64,000 nucleotides of DNA, taken from Clostridia bacterium. GTDB lineage: Bacteria; Bacillota; Clostridia; Oscillospirales; CAG-272. Of this stretch, positions 25,585 to 34,026 are shown in pieces. The stretch lies in assembly GCA_017447775.1 (NCBI GenBank), contig JAFSMU010000010.1:12008-76007 (forward strand), in the 5' to 3' direction. Both the position numbers and the translations under genes were made by a program. The notes beneath the pieces are model-generated. The model was not told where the DNA came from and ran no database searches. It worked only from the letters and a program-made list of their open reading frames with translations. The stretch's first letter is position 1. The number at the start of each line of letters is the position of its first letter.

Positions 25585-25863
25585 ATGATAGTTGGAAAAG
25601 TTATCGGAAGCATAGTTTCCACGCGTAAAAATGAAAACCTTGTCGGCAACAAATTTATGGTTATCGAGCCGATAGAGGGTATGGGCGTTAAAGAAAACAG
25701 AATAGTCGCCATAGATAATATCGGCGCCGGCATCGGCGAGCTTGTGCTCGTTGCGCTCGGAAGCGCCGCAAGAATAGGATGCAATATGGAATCAGCCCCC
25801 GTTGACGCCGCGATAGTCGGTATTGTCGACGACGGTATCGGAATGTCCGGAGTGATAAAATAA
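25585..25863 (+). CDS. eutN: BMC-P pentameric vertex protein (EutN/CcmL/PduN family)
   Basis: 92-aa ORF, MIVGKVIGSIVSTRKNENLVGNKFMVIEP... Confidence 0.9.
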   Translation: MIVGKVIGSIVSTRKNENLVGNKFMVIEPIEGMGVKENRIVAIDNIGAGIGELVLVALGSAARIGCNMESAPVDAAIVGIVDDGIGMSGVIK

Positions 25864-27189
25864 ATGAAAATAGACGAATTGTCAATGCTCCTTCGCAATG
25901 CGGGCATCGTCGGATGTGGCGGGGCGGGGTTTCCGTCTTATGCAAAACTTAAGGATGGCATTGATACCGTTATACTCAACTGCGCGGAATGCGAGCCGCT
26001 TTTGAGACTGCACAGACAGCTTATGGAAAAGCGCGCGTATGAAATTCTCAGCGCACTTGACTTGACTGCGAAAACTCTCGGCGCGAAAAATGTTGTAATC
26101 GGGCTTAAATCGGCGTACAAGAACGCGATAGCGGCCATCGAGAAGAACATTGCGTCGTTCAACAATATAAATATTTGCAAGCTCCGCGAGGTTTATCCCG
26201 CGGGAGATGAGGTCGTGCTGATTTACGAGGCAACGGGCAGGATAGTTCCTCCCGGAAGTCTTCCGGCGTCTGTCGGCGTTGTCGTTTTCAACGTCGAAAC
26301 GATGTATAATCTCTACCGTGCAACGCAGGGAAAAAACGTAACGCACAAGTACGTAACGGTTGCGGGCGAGGTCAAATCGCCGCGCACGTACCTTGCGCCG
26401 ATAGGGATGACGCTCGGCGAGCTTATAGACATGTCGGGCGGGGAAACGACGGAAAACCCCGCGTACCTTCTCGGCGGGCCGATGATGGGCTCGCTCGGCT
26501 CGCGCGAGGACGTCGTTACAAAGACGACAAACGCCGTCATCGTTCTGCCGGACGACCACTATGTCGTCATGCGGAAAAACACGAAGATCTCCATCGACCT
26601 CAAGCGTGCCATGGCGGCGTGCTGTCAGTGCAGATACTGCACAGATATGTGCCCGCGCAACCTGCTCGGACACCCGATCGAGCCGCACATGCTTATGCGC
26701 GTTGCGTCAAACAGAGATACGCACAATACAGAGCCGTACCTCAACACGTTTTTCTGCTCGGGGTGCGGCGTGTGCGAAATGTACGCCTGCTTCCAGGGAC
26801 TCTCGCCGCGAACACTTATCGGCGCGGTGAAGGGCGGGCTTCGCGCGTCGGGCGTAAAAGCTCCGAAAATCGAAAAAGAGCCGTCGCCGGTACATAACAG
26901 AGAGCTTCGCCGCGTGCCGCTTTCGCGGCTTCGCGCAAGGCTCGATCTTGAAAAATACAACCGCTCAGCTCCGATGACGGACGAAGCTATCGAACCGAGC
27001 GAGGTCAAAATCCTGCTTTCTCAGCATATCGGCACGCCGAGCGTGGCGTGCGTCAAATGCGGAGATATGGTCACTGCAGGCGACGTTGTGGCAAAAGCCG
27101 AGGATGGAAAGCTCGGTGTTGATATCCACTCATCGATATCAGGCAAAGTTACGGACGTAACAGACAAATTCATCATTGTAAGGAGGTAA
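25864..27189 (+). CDS. pduS: PduS/RnfC-like flavin and iron-sulfur oxidoreductase
   Basis: GCGGAGFPSY is the NuoF/RnfC-type nucleotide site. There are two cluster motifs, CCQCRYCTDMCP and CSGCGVCEMYAC. The C-terminus has a barrel-sandwich-like tail. Confidence 0.85.
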   Translation: MKIDELSMLLRNAGIVGCGGAGFPSYAKLKDGIDTVILNCAECEPLLRLHRQLMEKRAYEILSALDLTAKTLGAKNVVIGLKSAYKNAIAAIEKNIASFNNINICKLREVYPAGDEVVLIYEATGRIVPPGSLPASVGVVVFNVETMYNLYRATQGKNVTHKYVTVAGEVKSPRTYLAPIGMTLGELIDMSGGETTENPAYLLGGPMMGSLGSREDVVTKTTNAVIVLPDDHYVVMRKNTKISIDLKRAMAACCQCRYCTDMCPRNLLGHPIEPHMLMRVASNRDTHNTEPYLNTFFCSGCGVCEMYACFQGLSPRTLIGAVKGGLRASGVKAPKIEKEPSPVHNRELRRVPLSRLRARLDLEKYNRSAPMTDEAIEPSEVKILLSQHIGTPSVACVKCGDMVTAGDVVAKAEDGKLGVDIHSSISGKVTDVTDKFIIVRR

Positions 27190-27193
27190 CACC

Positions 27194-27742
27194 GTGGGAC
27201 GCGCACTTGGACTTGTTGAATATAAAACCGTTTCATCGGGCATTACCGCCGCCGATCTTATGGTAAAAACGGCAGAGGTCGACGTCATACAGGCTGAAAC
27301 TGTCTGCCCGGGTAAATACTTTGTTCTTGTCGAGGGCGAGCTTGCGGCAGTCCGCGCCGCAGTCGACACGGCAAGCGCGGCATATCCCGATAAGCTTATA
27401 GACAATTTCGTGCTTGGCAACCCGCACGATTCTATCTTTGAGGCGATCTGGGGTACGGCGAGCGTATCAGAGCCGAAGTCGCTAGGGATACTTGAAACAT
27501 ATTCCGTCGCGGCGGCAATCGTTGCGGCCGATACGGCGGCAAAAACAGCCGACGTAACGCTTATCGAGCTTCGTCTTGCTCGCGGTATGTGCGGAAAATC
27601 ATATCTGCTTTTAACGGGAGAGGTCGCGGCTGTCAGCGCGGCGATAGACAAGGCAAAGGCGGGAGCGGGCGACGAGGGAATGTTCCTTGACAGCTCCGTG
27701 ATCGCAGGACCGGACAAAAAAATGTGGGAGAAAATTCTCTGA
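27194..27742 (+). CDS. pduT: tandem-domain BMC-T shell protein (PduT type) with pore cysteine
   Basis: Two BMC domains are present (LGLVEY...VCPGKYFVLVEG and LGILETY...MCGKSYLLLTG). Cys38 is at codon 27305-27307, the position of the PduT [4Fe-4S] ligand. GTG start after aggagg. Confidence 0.85.
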   Translation: MGRALGLVEYKTVSSGITAADLMVKTAEVDVIQAETVCPGKYFVLVEGELAAVRAAVDTASAAYPDKLIDNFVLGNPHDSIFEAIWGTASVSEPKSLGILETYSVAAAIVAADTAAKTADVTLIELRLARGMCGKSYLLLTGEVAAVSAAIDKAKAGAGDEGMFLDSSVIAGPDKKMWEKIL

Positions 27743-27754
27743 TCGGAGGGACGT

Positions 27755-28513
27755 ATGTTTGCAATAGAAAGACGCAGCGCCATTCTTGAACAGCTCAGTT
27801 CCGAGGGAAAGGTCGTCGTATCGGAGCTTGCGGTTCGCTTCGGTGTAACCGAGGAAACGGTGCGGCGCGATATAGACAAGCTCGCAAGGGAAGGCCTTGC
27901 GACGAAAACCTACGGCGGCGCGGTATCGAACGTTTCGCCAAGCAGTGATCTGCCGTACAACGTTCGCAAGCGTTTCAACGTCGATCTCAAACAAAACATC
28001 GCCGAAAAAGTTGCCGCAATGATAAACGACGGCGACCGCATCATGCTCGACGCATCGACAACGGCGATATACGTTACCCGCAAAATCAAAAGCAAGAAAA
28101 ACATAACCGTCATCACAAATTCCGTCGAGATACTTCTTGAACTTGCCGATAAATCGGGCTGGACTATCCTTTCCACCGGCGGCACGCTGAAAGAGGGTGC
28201 GTTCTCGATGGTAGGCATTTCCGCCGAAAAAATGGTGCGCGGTTATCACGTCGACCTTGCGGTTTGCTCCGCCAAGGGCATCGACGAAAAAATGGGCATT
28301 ACAGATTCAAACGAAAAGGATTCGGAAATGAAGCAGGCCATCTTCTCGTCTGCGGACAAAAAAGTGCTTGCGCTCGATTCCACAAAGTTTGATAAAATTT
28401 CCTTTGTCAAAGTCTGCGACGTGCGCGACGTTGACATAATAGTTACGGACAAGGCACCGAGCGAGTCGTGGCAAACACGCCTGAGCGAAAACGGCGTAAA
28501 ACTGATATATTAA
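27755..28513 (+). CDS. DeoR-family transcriptional regulator
   Basis: N-terminal DeoR HTH (RRSAILEQLSSEGKVVVSELAVRFGVTEETVRRDI) and a C-terminal DeoR sugar-phosphate-sensor domain. Confidence 0.9.
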   Translation: MFAIERRSAILEQLSSEGKVVVSELAVRFGVTEETVRRDIDKLAREGLATKTYGGAVSNVSPSSDLPYNVRKRFNVDLKQNIAEKVAAMINDGDRIMLDASTTAIYVTRKIKSKKNITVITNSVEILLELADKSGWTILSTGGTLKEGAFSMVGISAEKMVRGYHVDLAVCSAKGIDEKMGITDSNEKDSEMKQAIFSSADKKVLALDSTKFDKISFVKVCDVRDVDIIVTDKAPSESWQTRLSENGVKLIY

Positions 28514-28522
28514 GGAGACATT

Positions 28523-29719
28523 ATGAAAATTCTGGTCATCAATTCCGGATCGTCATCGCTGAAATATCAACTTTTCGATATGGAAAGCGGAAACGTCCTT
28601 GCAAAAGGCGGCTGTGAGCGCATAGGCGCCGGCGGCGCCGTTACACATAAGGTGCCGGGCAGAGAAAACTACAGCATCGAGGTCGATCTTCCGTCGCACG
28701 ACCGTGCGCTTGAAATCGTTTTCGGCCTGCTTACCGACAAAGAGCACGGCGTTATTTCAAGCATTGACGAGATCGACGCCGTCGGGCACAGAGTGGCGCA
28801 CGGCGGGGAAAAGTACACAAAGTCCTCGCGCGTTGACGACGAAATGATAAACTACCTTGAAACGATCGTCCCGATAAATCCGCTTCACGGGCCTCCGGCG
28901 ATAAAGGGAATGCGCGCGTGCGTAAGACTTCTTCCGAAAACGCCGCAGGCGGCTGTATTCGATACGTCGTTTTACTCGGATATTGAAGATTTCAGATATA
29001 TTTACGCGCTTCCTTATGAATACTACACCGAGGACGGCGTGCGCCGTTACGGATTCCACGGAACGTCCCACAGATACGTTTCGCAAAAGACGGCGGAATT
29101 CCTCGGCAAAGACGTAAAGACGCTGAAAATGATCACCTGCCACCTCGGTAACGGCTCGTCGATAACGGCTGTCGACGGCGGCAAAGCGATAGATACGTCA
29201 ATGGGATTTACTCCGCAGGAAGGCATCCCGATGGGAACGAGAAGCGGCTCGATAGATCCGACGATCATCCCGTTCATAATGAAAAAGCACGGCCTTTCGC
29301 CCGACGAAATGGCAGACGTGCTGAATAAAAAATCGGGACTTCTCGGAATAACAGGTCTTTCAAACGACTTCCGCAACTGCCTTGCCGCGTCAAACGAAGG
29401 CAACGAGCGCGCAACTCTTGCGCTTAAAATGCTCTCTAACGGCATCAAGAAAATAATCGGTTCGTACGTTGCGGAGCTTAACGGGCTTGACGTGCTTGTG
29501 TTCACGGCGGGCATCGGCGAAAATCAGTATGAACTGCGCCGCATGGTATGCGAAAATATGGATGCGCTCGGCATCGTCATCGACGAGGAGAAAAACAAAA
29601 ACTTCACCCGCGGCATCCCGTTTGACATCACGGGCGAAAAATCAAAGGTAAAGGTACTCATCGTCCCCACGGACGAAGAATATATGATCGCGCTGGACAC
29701 TCAGCGTTTGTGTAAGTGA
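28523..29719 (+). CDS. ackA: acetate/propionate kinase
   Basis: MKILVINSGSSSLKYQL... and GFHGTSHRYV are canonical AckA. In this context it plays a PduW-like role. Confidence 0.93.
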   Translation: MKILVINSGSSSLKYQLFDMESGNVLAKGGCERIGAGGAVTHKVPGRENYSIEVDLPSHDRALEIVFGLLTDKEHGVISSIDEIDAVGHRVAHGGEKYTKSSRVDDEMINYLETIVPINPLHGPPAIKGMRACVRLLPKTPQAAVFDTSFYSDIEDFRYIYALPYEYYTEDGVRRYGFHGTSHRYVSQKTAEFLGKDVKTLKMITCHLGNGSSITAVDGGKAIDTSMGFTPQEGIPMGTRSGSIDPTIIPFIMKKHGLSPDEMADVLNKKSGLLGITGLSNDFRNCLAASNEGNERATLALKMLSNGIKKIIGSYVAELNGLDVLVFTAGIGENQYELRRMVCENMDALGIVIDEEKNKNFTRGIPFDITGEKSKVKVLIVPTDEEYMIALDTQRLCK

Positions 29720-29727
29720 GGTATGAT

Positions 29728-31176
29728 ATGGCTCAGATGACAGAAAATGAAATAAAAGACATCGTTGCGAAGGTCCTCGGACAGATGCAAAGTATGAAGC
29801 CCGCATCGGCTGACTGGGACAGCACACAGTACGGCGGCAGAAAGTTCATCGGTATTTACGAAGATATGAACGAAGCCATTGAAGCGGCAAACCGCGGATA
29901 CAAGGCTGTTCGCGCCATGAGCGTTGAGGAAAGGGAAAAGATCATAACCGAAATCCGCAAACTCACGCGTGAGGAAGCGGCTACAATGGCGGCACTCGGC
30001 GTTGCGGAAACAAAAATGGGAAGAGTTGAGCACAAAAGACTCAAACACCTCCTTGTCGCAGACAAAACGCCCGGCACGGAAGATATCGTATCGACAGCAA
30101 AAACGGGCGACAACGGTCTTACGCTTATCGAAATGGCGCCGTTTGGCGTTGTCGGAGCTATAACGCCCTCAACAAACCCGAGTGAAACTGTTATATGCAA
30201 CTCCATCGGTATGATCGCCGCCGGAAACGGCGTCGTATTCAACCCTCACCCCGGCGCTATAGCGACGTCGAACTACGCCGTTGACCTTGTCAACCGCGCG
30301 TGCCGCGCGGCGGGCGGTCCCGACGTGCTTGTATGCTCGATGAAGAAGCCGACAATGGAAAGCGCCGCTATAATGCAGTCGCACCCGCTTATAAAACTGC
30401 TCGTTTGCACGGGCGGCCCCGGAGTAGTCAAGGCTGTTCTTTCATCCGGCAAAAAGGCAATAGGCGCGGGAGCGGGCAATCCCCCCGTCATCGTCGACGA
30501 CACGGCTGACATTCAGAAAGCCGCAAAGGACATCATCGACGGATGCACGTTTGACAACAACCTGCCGTGCATCGCAGAAAAAGAAGTATTCTCGTTTGAC
30601 AACATCACCGACGAGCTTATCGCCGGTATGAAACGCGCAGGCTCGTATCAGATCACACGCGCGCAGGCGGACGAGCTTGCAAAGATAGTGCTTGTCGAAA
30701 AGACGAAAAAGGACGGCACAACGGTAAAAACAGTCAACCGCGACTGCGTTGGCAGAGATGCGGACGTTCTCCTTTCAAAGATTGGCGTTTCCGTCGGCAA
30801 GGACGTGCGCTGCATCATCGCCGAGGTGCCGTTTGAGCATCCGTTTGTTCAGGAAGAACTTATGATGCCGATACTCGGCATCGTTCGCGTCAAAGATATC
30901 GACGAGGCGATCGACCTCGCGTGCAAAGCAGAAGCGGGCCGCCGTCACAGCGCACATATGCATTCAAAGAATATCGACAACCTTTCGCGCTTTGCAAAGG
31001 CGGTCGAAACGACGATCTTCGTCAAAAACGCTCCGTCATACGCCGGTATCGGCTTTGGCGGTGAAGGACATACGACGTTCACGATAGCCGGCCCGACAGG
31101 CGAGGGCATCACGTCCGCGCGCTCGTTCACGCGCCAGCGCCGCTGCGTTATGGCGGACAGCTTCAGAATAATCTGA
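29728..31176 (+). CDS. pduP: CoA-acylating aldehyde dehydrogenase (PduP/EutE family) with N-terminal encapsulation peptide
   Basis: The ALDH fold has catalytic Cys context NNLPCIAEKE. The N-terminus is TENEIKDIVAKVLGQMQS. ATG 29728 is preferred over the track GTG at 29716. Confidence 0.9.
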   Translation: MAQMTENEIKDIVAKVLGQMQSMKPASADWDSTQYGGRKFIGIYEDMNEAIEAANRGYKAVRAMSVEEREKIITEIRKLTREEAATMAALGVAETKMGRVEHKRLKHLLVADKTPGTEDIVSTAKTGDNGLTLIEMAPFGVVGAITPSTNPSETVICNSIGMIAAGNGVVFNPHPGAIATSNYAVDLVNRACRAAGGPDVLVCSMKKPTMESAAIMQSHPLIKLLVCTGGPGVVKAVLSSGKKAIGAGAGNPPVIVDDTADIQKAAKDIIDGCTFDNNLPCIAEKEVFSFDNITDELIAGMKRAGSYQITRAQADELAKIVLVEKTKKDGTTVKTVNRDCVGRDADVLLSKIGVSVGKDVRCIIAEVPFEHPFVQEELMMPILGIVRVKDIDEAIDLACKAEAGRRHSAHMHSKNIDNLSRFAKAVETTIFVKNAPSYAGIGFGGEGHTTFTIAGPTGEGITSARSFTRQRRCVMADSFRII

Positions 31177-31187
31177 CGGAGGAAAGT

Positions 31188-31859
31188 ATGCAGTACGATG
31201 CAAAAACCATATCTGAAATAGTCAGCAAGGTCGTGGCGTCCGTTAACTCCGGCGCGCAGTCGTCATCGGCGTCATCTGACGGCGATATTCCCGTCGGCGT
31301 ATCAAACAGACATATCCACTTGACAAGAGAACACCTTGACATCCTTTTCGGCGCAGGATATGAGCTTACGCCGCTCAAAGACCTCTCCCAGCCGGGACAG
31401 TACGCCTGCAAAGAGCAGCTCACGCTTATCGGCCCGTCACTCAGAGCAATTGAGGGCGTGCGCGTACTCGGGCCGCTTCGCAAGGCGTCGCAGGTCGAAA
31501 TATCGAGAACGGACAGCTATACGCTGAAAGTAAAGCCGCCCGTAAGGGAATCGGGAGATGTGTCAGGCTCCGCTCCGATAACGATAGTCGGCCCGAAGGG
31601 AATAGTACAGCTTAAAGAGGGCTGCATCATCGCCAACCGCCATATACATATGAGTCCCGCGGACGGCGAAAAATACGGCGTTTCCGACGGCGATTACGTT
31701 GCGGTACAGACTGTCGGCGACGGCAAGCGCACAACGCTTTACGACGTTCAGATACGCGTATCCGATAAATTTGTGCTTGAAATGCACCTTGACACCGACG
31801 ACGCAAACGCTTGCGGGATCGGCAACGGAGCGAAAGTTAAGCTTATAAAGGAAAACTGA
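31188..31859 (+). CDS. pduL: phosphate propanoyltransferase PduL with N-terminal encapsulation peptide
   Basis: Duplicated PduL motifs VSNRHIHLTREH and ANRHIHMSPAD. The N-terminus KTISEIVSKVVASVNSG is followed by a Ser-rich linker. Confidence 0.92.
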   Translation: MQYDAKTISEIVSKVVASVNSGAQSSSASSDGDIPVGVSNRHIHLTREHLDILFGAGYELTPLKDLSQPGQYACKEQLTLIGPSLRAIEGVRVLGPLRKASQVEISRTDSYTLKVKPPVRESGDVSGSAPITIVGPKGIVQLKEGCIIANRHIHMSPADGEKYGVSDGDYVAVQTVGDGKRTTLYDVQIRVSDKFVLEMHLDTDDANACGIGNGAKVKLIKEN

Positions 31860-31890
31860 AAAAAGGCGCCTGTCGGCGCCTTTTTATTTT
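31859..31890. terminator. bidirectional terminator between pduL and the convergent FkbM gene
   Basis: aaaaaaggcgcc-tgtc-ggcgcctttttatttt. The minus-strand stop codon lies in the T-run. Confidence 0.75.
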
Positions 31891-32966
31891 GACGTAACGT
31901 AAATATTTATATCCCACGCGGGGATGTAGGGGTGCTTCCTCAAATAAAGCTTGTGATTCGGAAGCAGTCGTTTTATCATCTGCGGAAGAGCGAACAGATC
32001 CTCGCTTCTGTGATATGTCGAAACGATAAGGTCGCACTCGTTATCCGATATCAGCCTTCTTGCGCCTTCAATGGCGGCGCGCTCGCTTCCTTCAACGTCG
32101 AGTTTTATAAGCAGGCGCTCGTTTTTGTAATTGCAAATATCGTCAACGGCGCAAATTTTCACCTCTTCTGCGCGTCCTCCGTGCGCCTGGATCGAGCTTT
32201 CGCCCATTATCTGCGAATTTCGCCCCGCGCCGTCGATAAAAACGCCGTCTGTCGTAACGTCTGAAACGGCAACGTTGTATAGATCTACGTCAATACCGTT
32301 GCATATCGCGTTTTGCGCGAGCTTTTTGAAAATGCGCGGCGACGGCTCAACAGCCGTTATTTTTTTTACTTTGGGAAAATATCTCACGGCCTCGCTTATC
32401 GTATCCCCGTTGTATGCGCCAAGATCGACGTACGCCGTATAATCGCCGCCGAGAATGTCTGTCAGCGCGTCGCTTTTCGGCGTATCTATATAAAAATGAG
32501 AGATCATCCCGTCAAGCTTGTATTGTATCATCTCGTCGTAAACTTTGCGAGAATATTCGTCGGCAAAAAGCTCGCGCGCCGCGGCGATATCGTCTTTGTG
32601 GCTAAGATAAAACCCGGCGTTGAATATATCGTTTCCGGCGACGGGAACGTCCGGCGCATACGTTTCGCGCTCCGACGCTATTCTTTTCATATTGTTCATA
32701 ACGTCGCAAAGGCTTGAACCAAATGCGATCAAAACAATAAAATCGCCGAATTTAACACAAGCGTCGCTGTAACTCAAAACGGTTTCGCCGTGGAATTTAT
32801 GCCCGCGAACAAACCCGTCAGATGCAAAAAAGCCGCTTGGCCGCACTCCTGTCGATTCAAGAACCGAAAGTATTTTGTCAGCGCCGTTGCCCATTCCGTA
32901 AAGAAGTATTGGCTTTTTGGCGCTTTTCAGCTTTGACCAAAGCTCTGTCGTGTTGTAAAGTTCCAT
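31884..32966 (-). CDS. FkbM-family methyltransferase
   Basis: 360-aa ORF with the SAM-binding segment YVDLGAYNGDT and a VEPSP motif typical of FkbM methyltransferases. Confidence 0.75.
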   Translation of the reverse strand: MELYNTTELWSKLKSAKKPILLYGMGNGADKILSVLESTGVRPSGFFASDGFVRGHKFHGETVLSYSDACVKFGDFIVLIAFGSSLCDVMNNMKRIASERETYAPDVPVAGNDIFNAGFYLSHKDDIAAARELFADEYSRKVYDEMIQYKLDGMISHFYIDTPKSDALTDILGGDYTAYVDLGAYNGDTISEAVRYFPKVKKITAVEPSPRIFKKLAQNAICNGIDVDLYNVAVSDVTTDGVFIDGAGRNSQIMGESSIQAHGGRAEEVKICAVDDICNYKNERLLIKLDVEGSERAAIEGARRLISDNECDLIVSTYHRSEDLFALPQMIKRLLPNHKLYLRKHPYIPAWDINIYVTSK

Positions 32967-33093
32967 TTTTCGCCCTCCGTCATCTTATTTTAACATAAAG
33001 GCGGCAAAAAGTAAAGAAAATTGCAAAAGTGATTGAAAAAACGGCTCAATTATGGTAAAATAACATCAAAAGAAAGTATCAGCGGAGGTTTTT

Positions 33094-34026
33094 ATGCCCG
33101 AGAAAAATTCAAAATTCAAAACTTCATTCAGAGGATACGATAAAAATGATGTAAACGCCTACATCACCGCCATCGGCGCTGAGATGAAAATGAAGGAAGA
33201 AATGTTTGATACGGAGCGCCAGCGCGGTGAGCGCGAGGTTGCGCTTGCGAATGAAGAAACCAGATCCGCGCTGAAAAAGCTTGACGAGCTTGCGTTTGAG
33301 CTGTACGACGCGCAAAATCAGCTTTCAAAGCTCAAATCTGCAGGTGAGGACGCAAAACTGCTCGGCGAAAAAAACGACGAGCTTGCATTTGAGCTTTACG
33401 CCGCAGGCGAGCGCGAGAGGGAACTGAAAAACGCCGTTTCCGGCCTTTCGGCGCGCGTTGGCGAGCTTGAAGGGGAACTTAGCAACATCGGGCAGATGAT
33501 CGGTGTTGACGATGGCGACAGCGAGCTTACGCAGAAAGCGGCTCTGTACGACAAGCTGAGCGACAGAATAGGCGAGATAATGCTCAGCGCCGACGCAAAC
33601 GCCGAACAGCTTTTGACAGGTGCATCCGCTCGCGCCGACGAAATAATCGAAAACGCACAAAAAGAGGCGAATGAGATTCTCAAAGCCGCGGAAAACGAGG
33701 CTGAAAAGGTACGCTCACGCTACAAGGAAGCGGCCGGCGGATACTATGACGAGGTTGAAATTTTCGTTTCCGAAATAAAAGAAAACATCGAGAACTTTGT
33801 CAGAGAGATCAGCGCGAAAAGTATTGAACTTGAAAGAAAAATCGACTTTATCGGCCTTCCCGAGCAGGCGCAAAGACAGGAAATACCCGCGCAGTGCCGC
33901 GAAAAAGATGAACTTCCCGCCGAGCAGATAAAGCCGAAGCGTCCGTACAGTACCATCGACGAAAAAATAGAGAATTTCTTTAAGAAAACGATGGCAACCA
34001 TTAACTCGTTCCGCAACAAAAAATGA
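33094..34026 (+). CDS. DivIVA-domain coiled-coil protein
   Basis: The N-terminus FKTSFRGYDKNDVNAYI is the DivIVA signature. The rest is a long E/K/A-rich coiled coil with the internal repeat DELAFELY. Confidence 0.8.
   Translation: MPEKNSKFKTSFRGYDKNDVNAYITAIGAEMKMKEEMFDTERQRGEREVALANEETRSALKKLDELAFELYDAQNQLSKLKSAGEDAKLLGEKNDELAFELYAAGERERELKNAVSGLSARVGELEGELSNIGQMIGVDDGDSELTQKAALYDKLSDRIGEIMLSADANAEQLLTGASARADEIIENAQKEANEILKAAENEAEKVRSRYKEAAGGYYDEVEIFVSEIKENIENFVREISAKSIELERKIDFIGLPEQAQRQEIPAQCREKDELPAEQIKPKRPYSTIDEKIENFFKKTMATINSFRNKK

Noticed and set aside
17516-31890. Considered a B12-dependent Pdu or Eut microcompartment because pduL, pduP, pduS, pduT, pduU and eutP-like genes are present.
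   Set aside because: No pduCDE or eutBC, no reactivase and no corrinoid adenosyltransferase ORFs exist in the locus. The only candidate signature enzyme is the glycyl radical enzyme with its activase.
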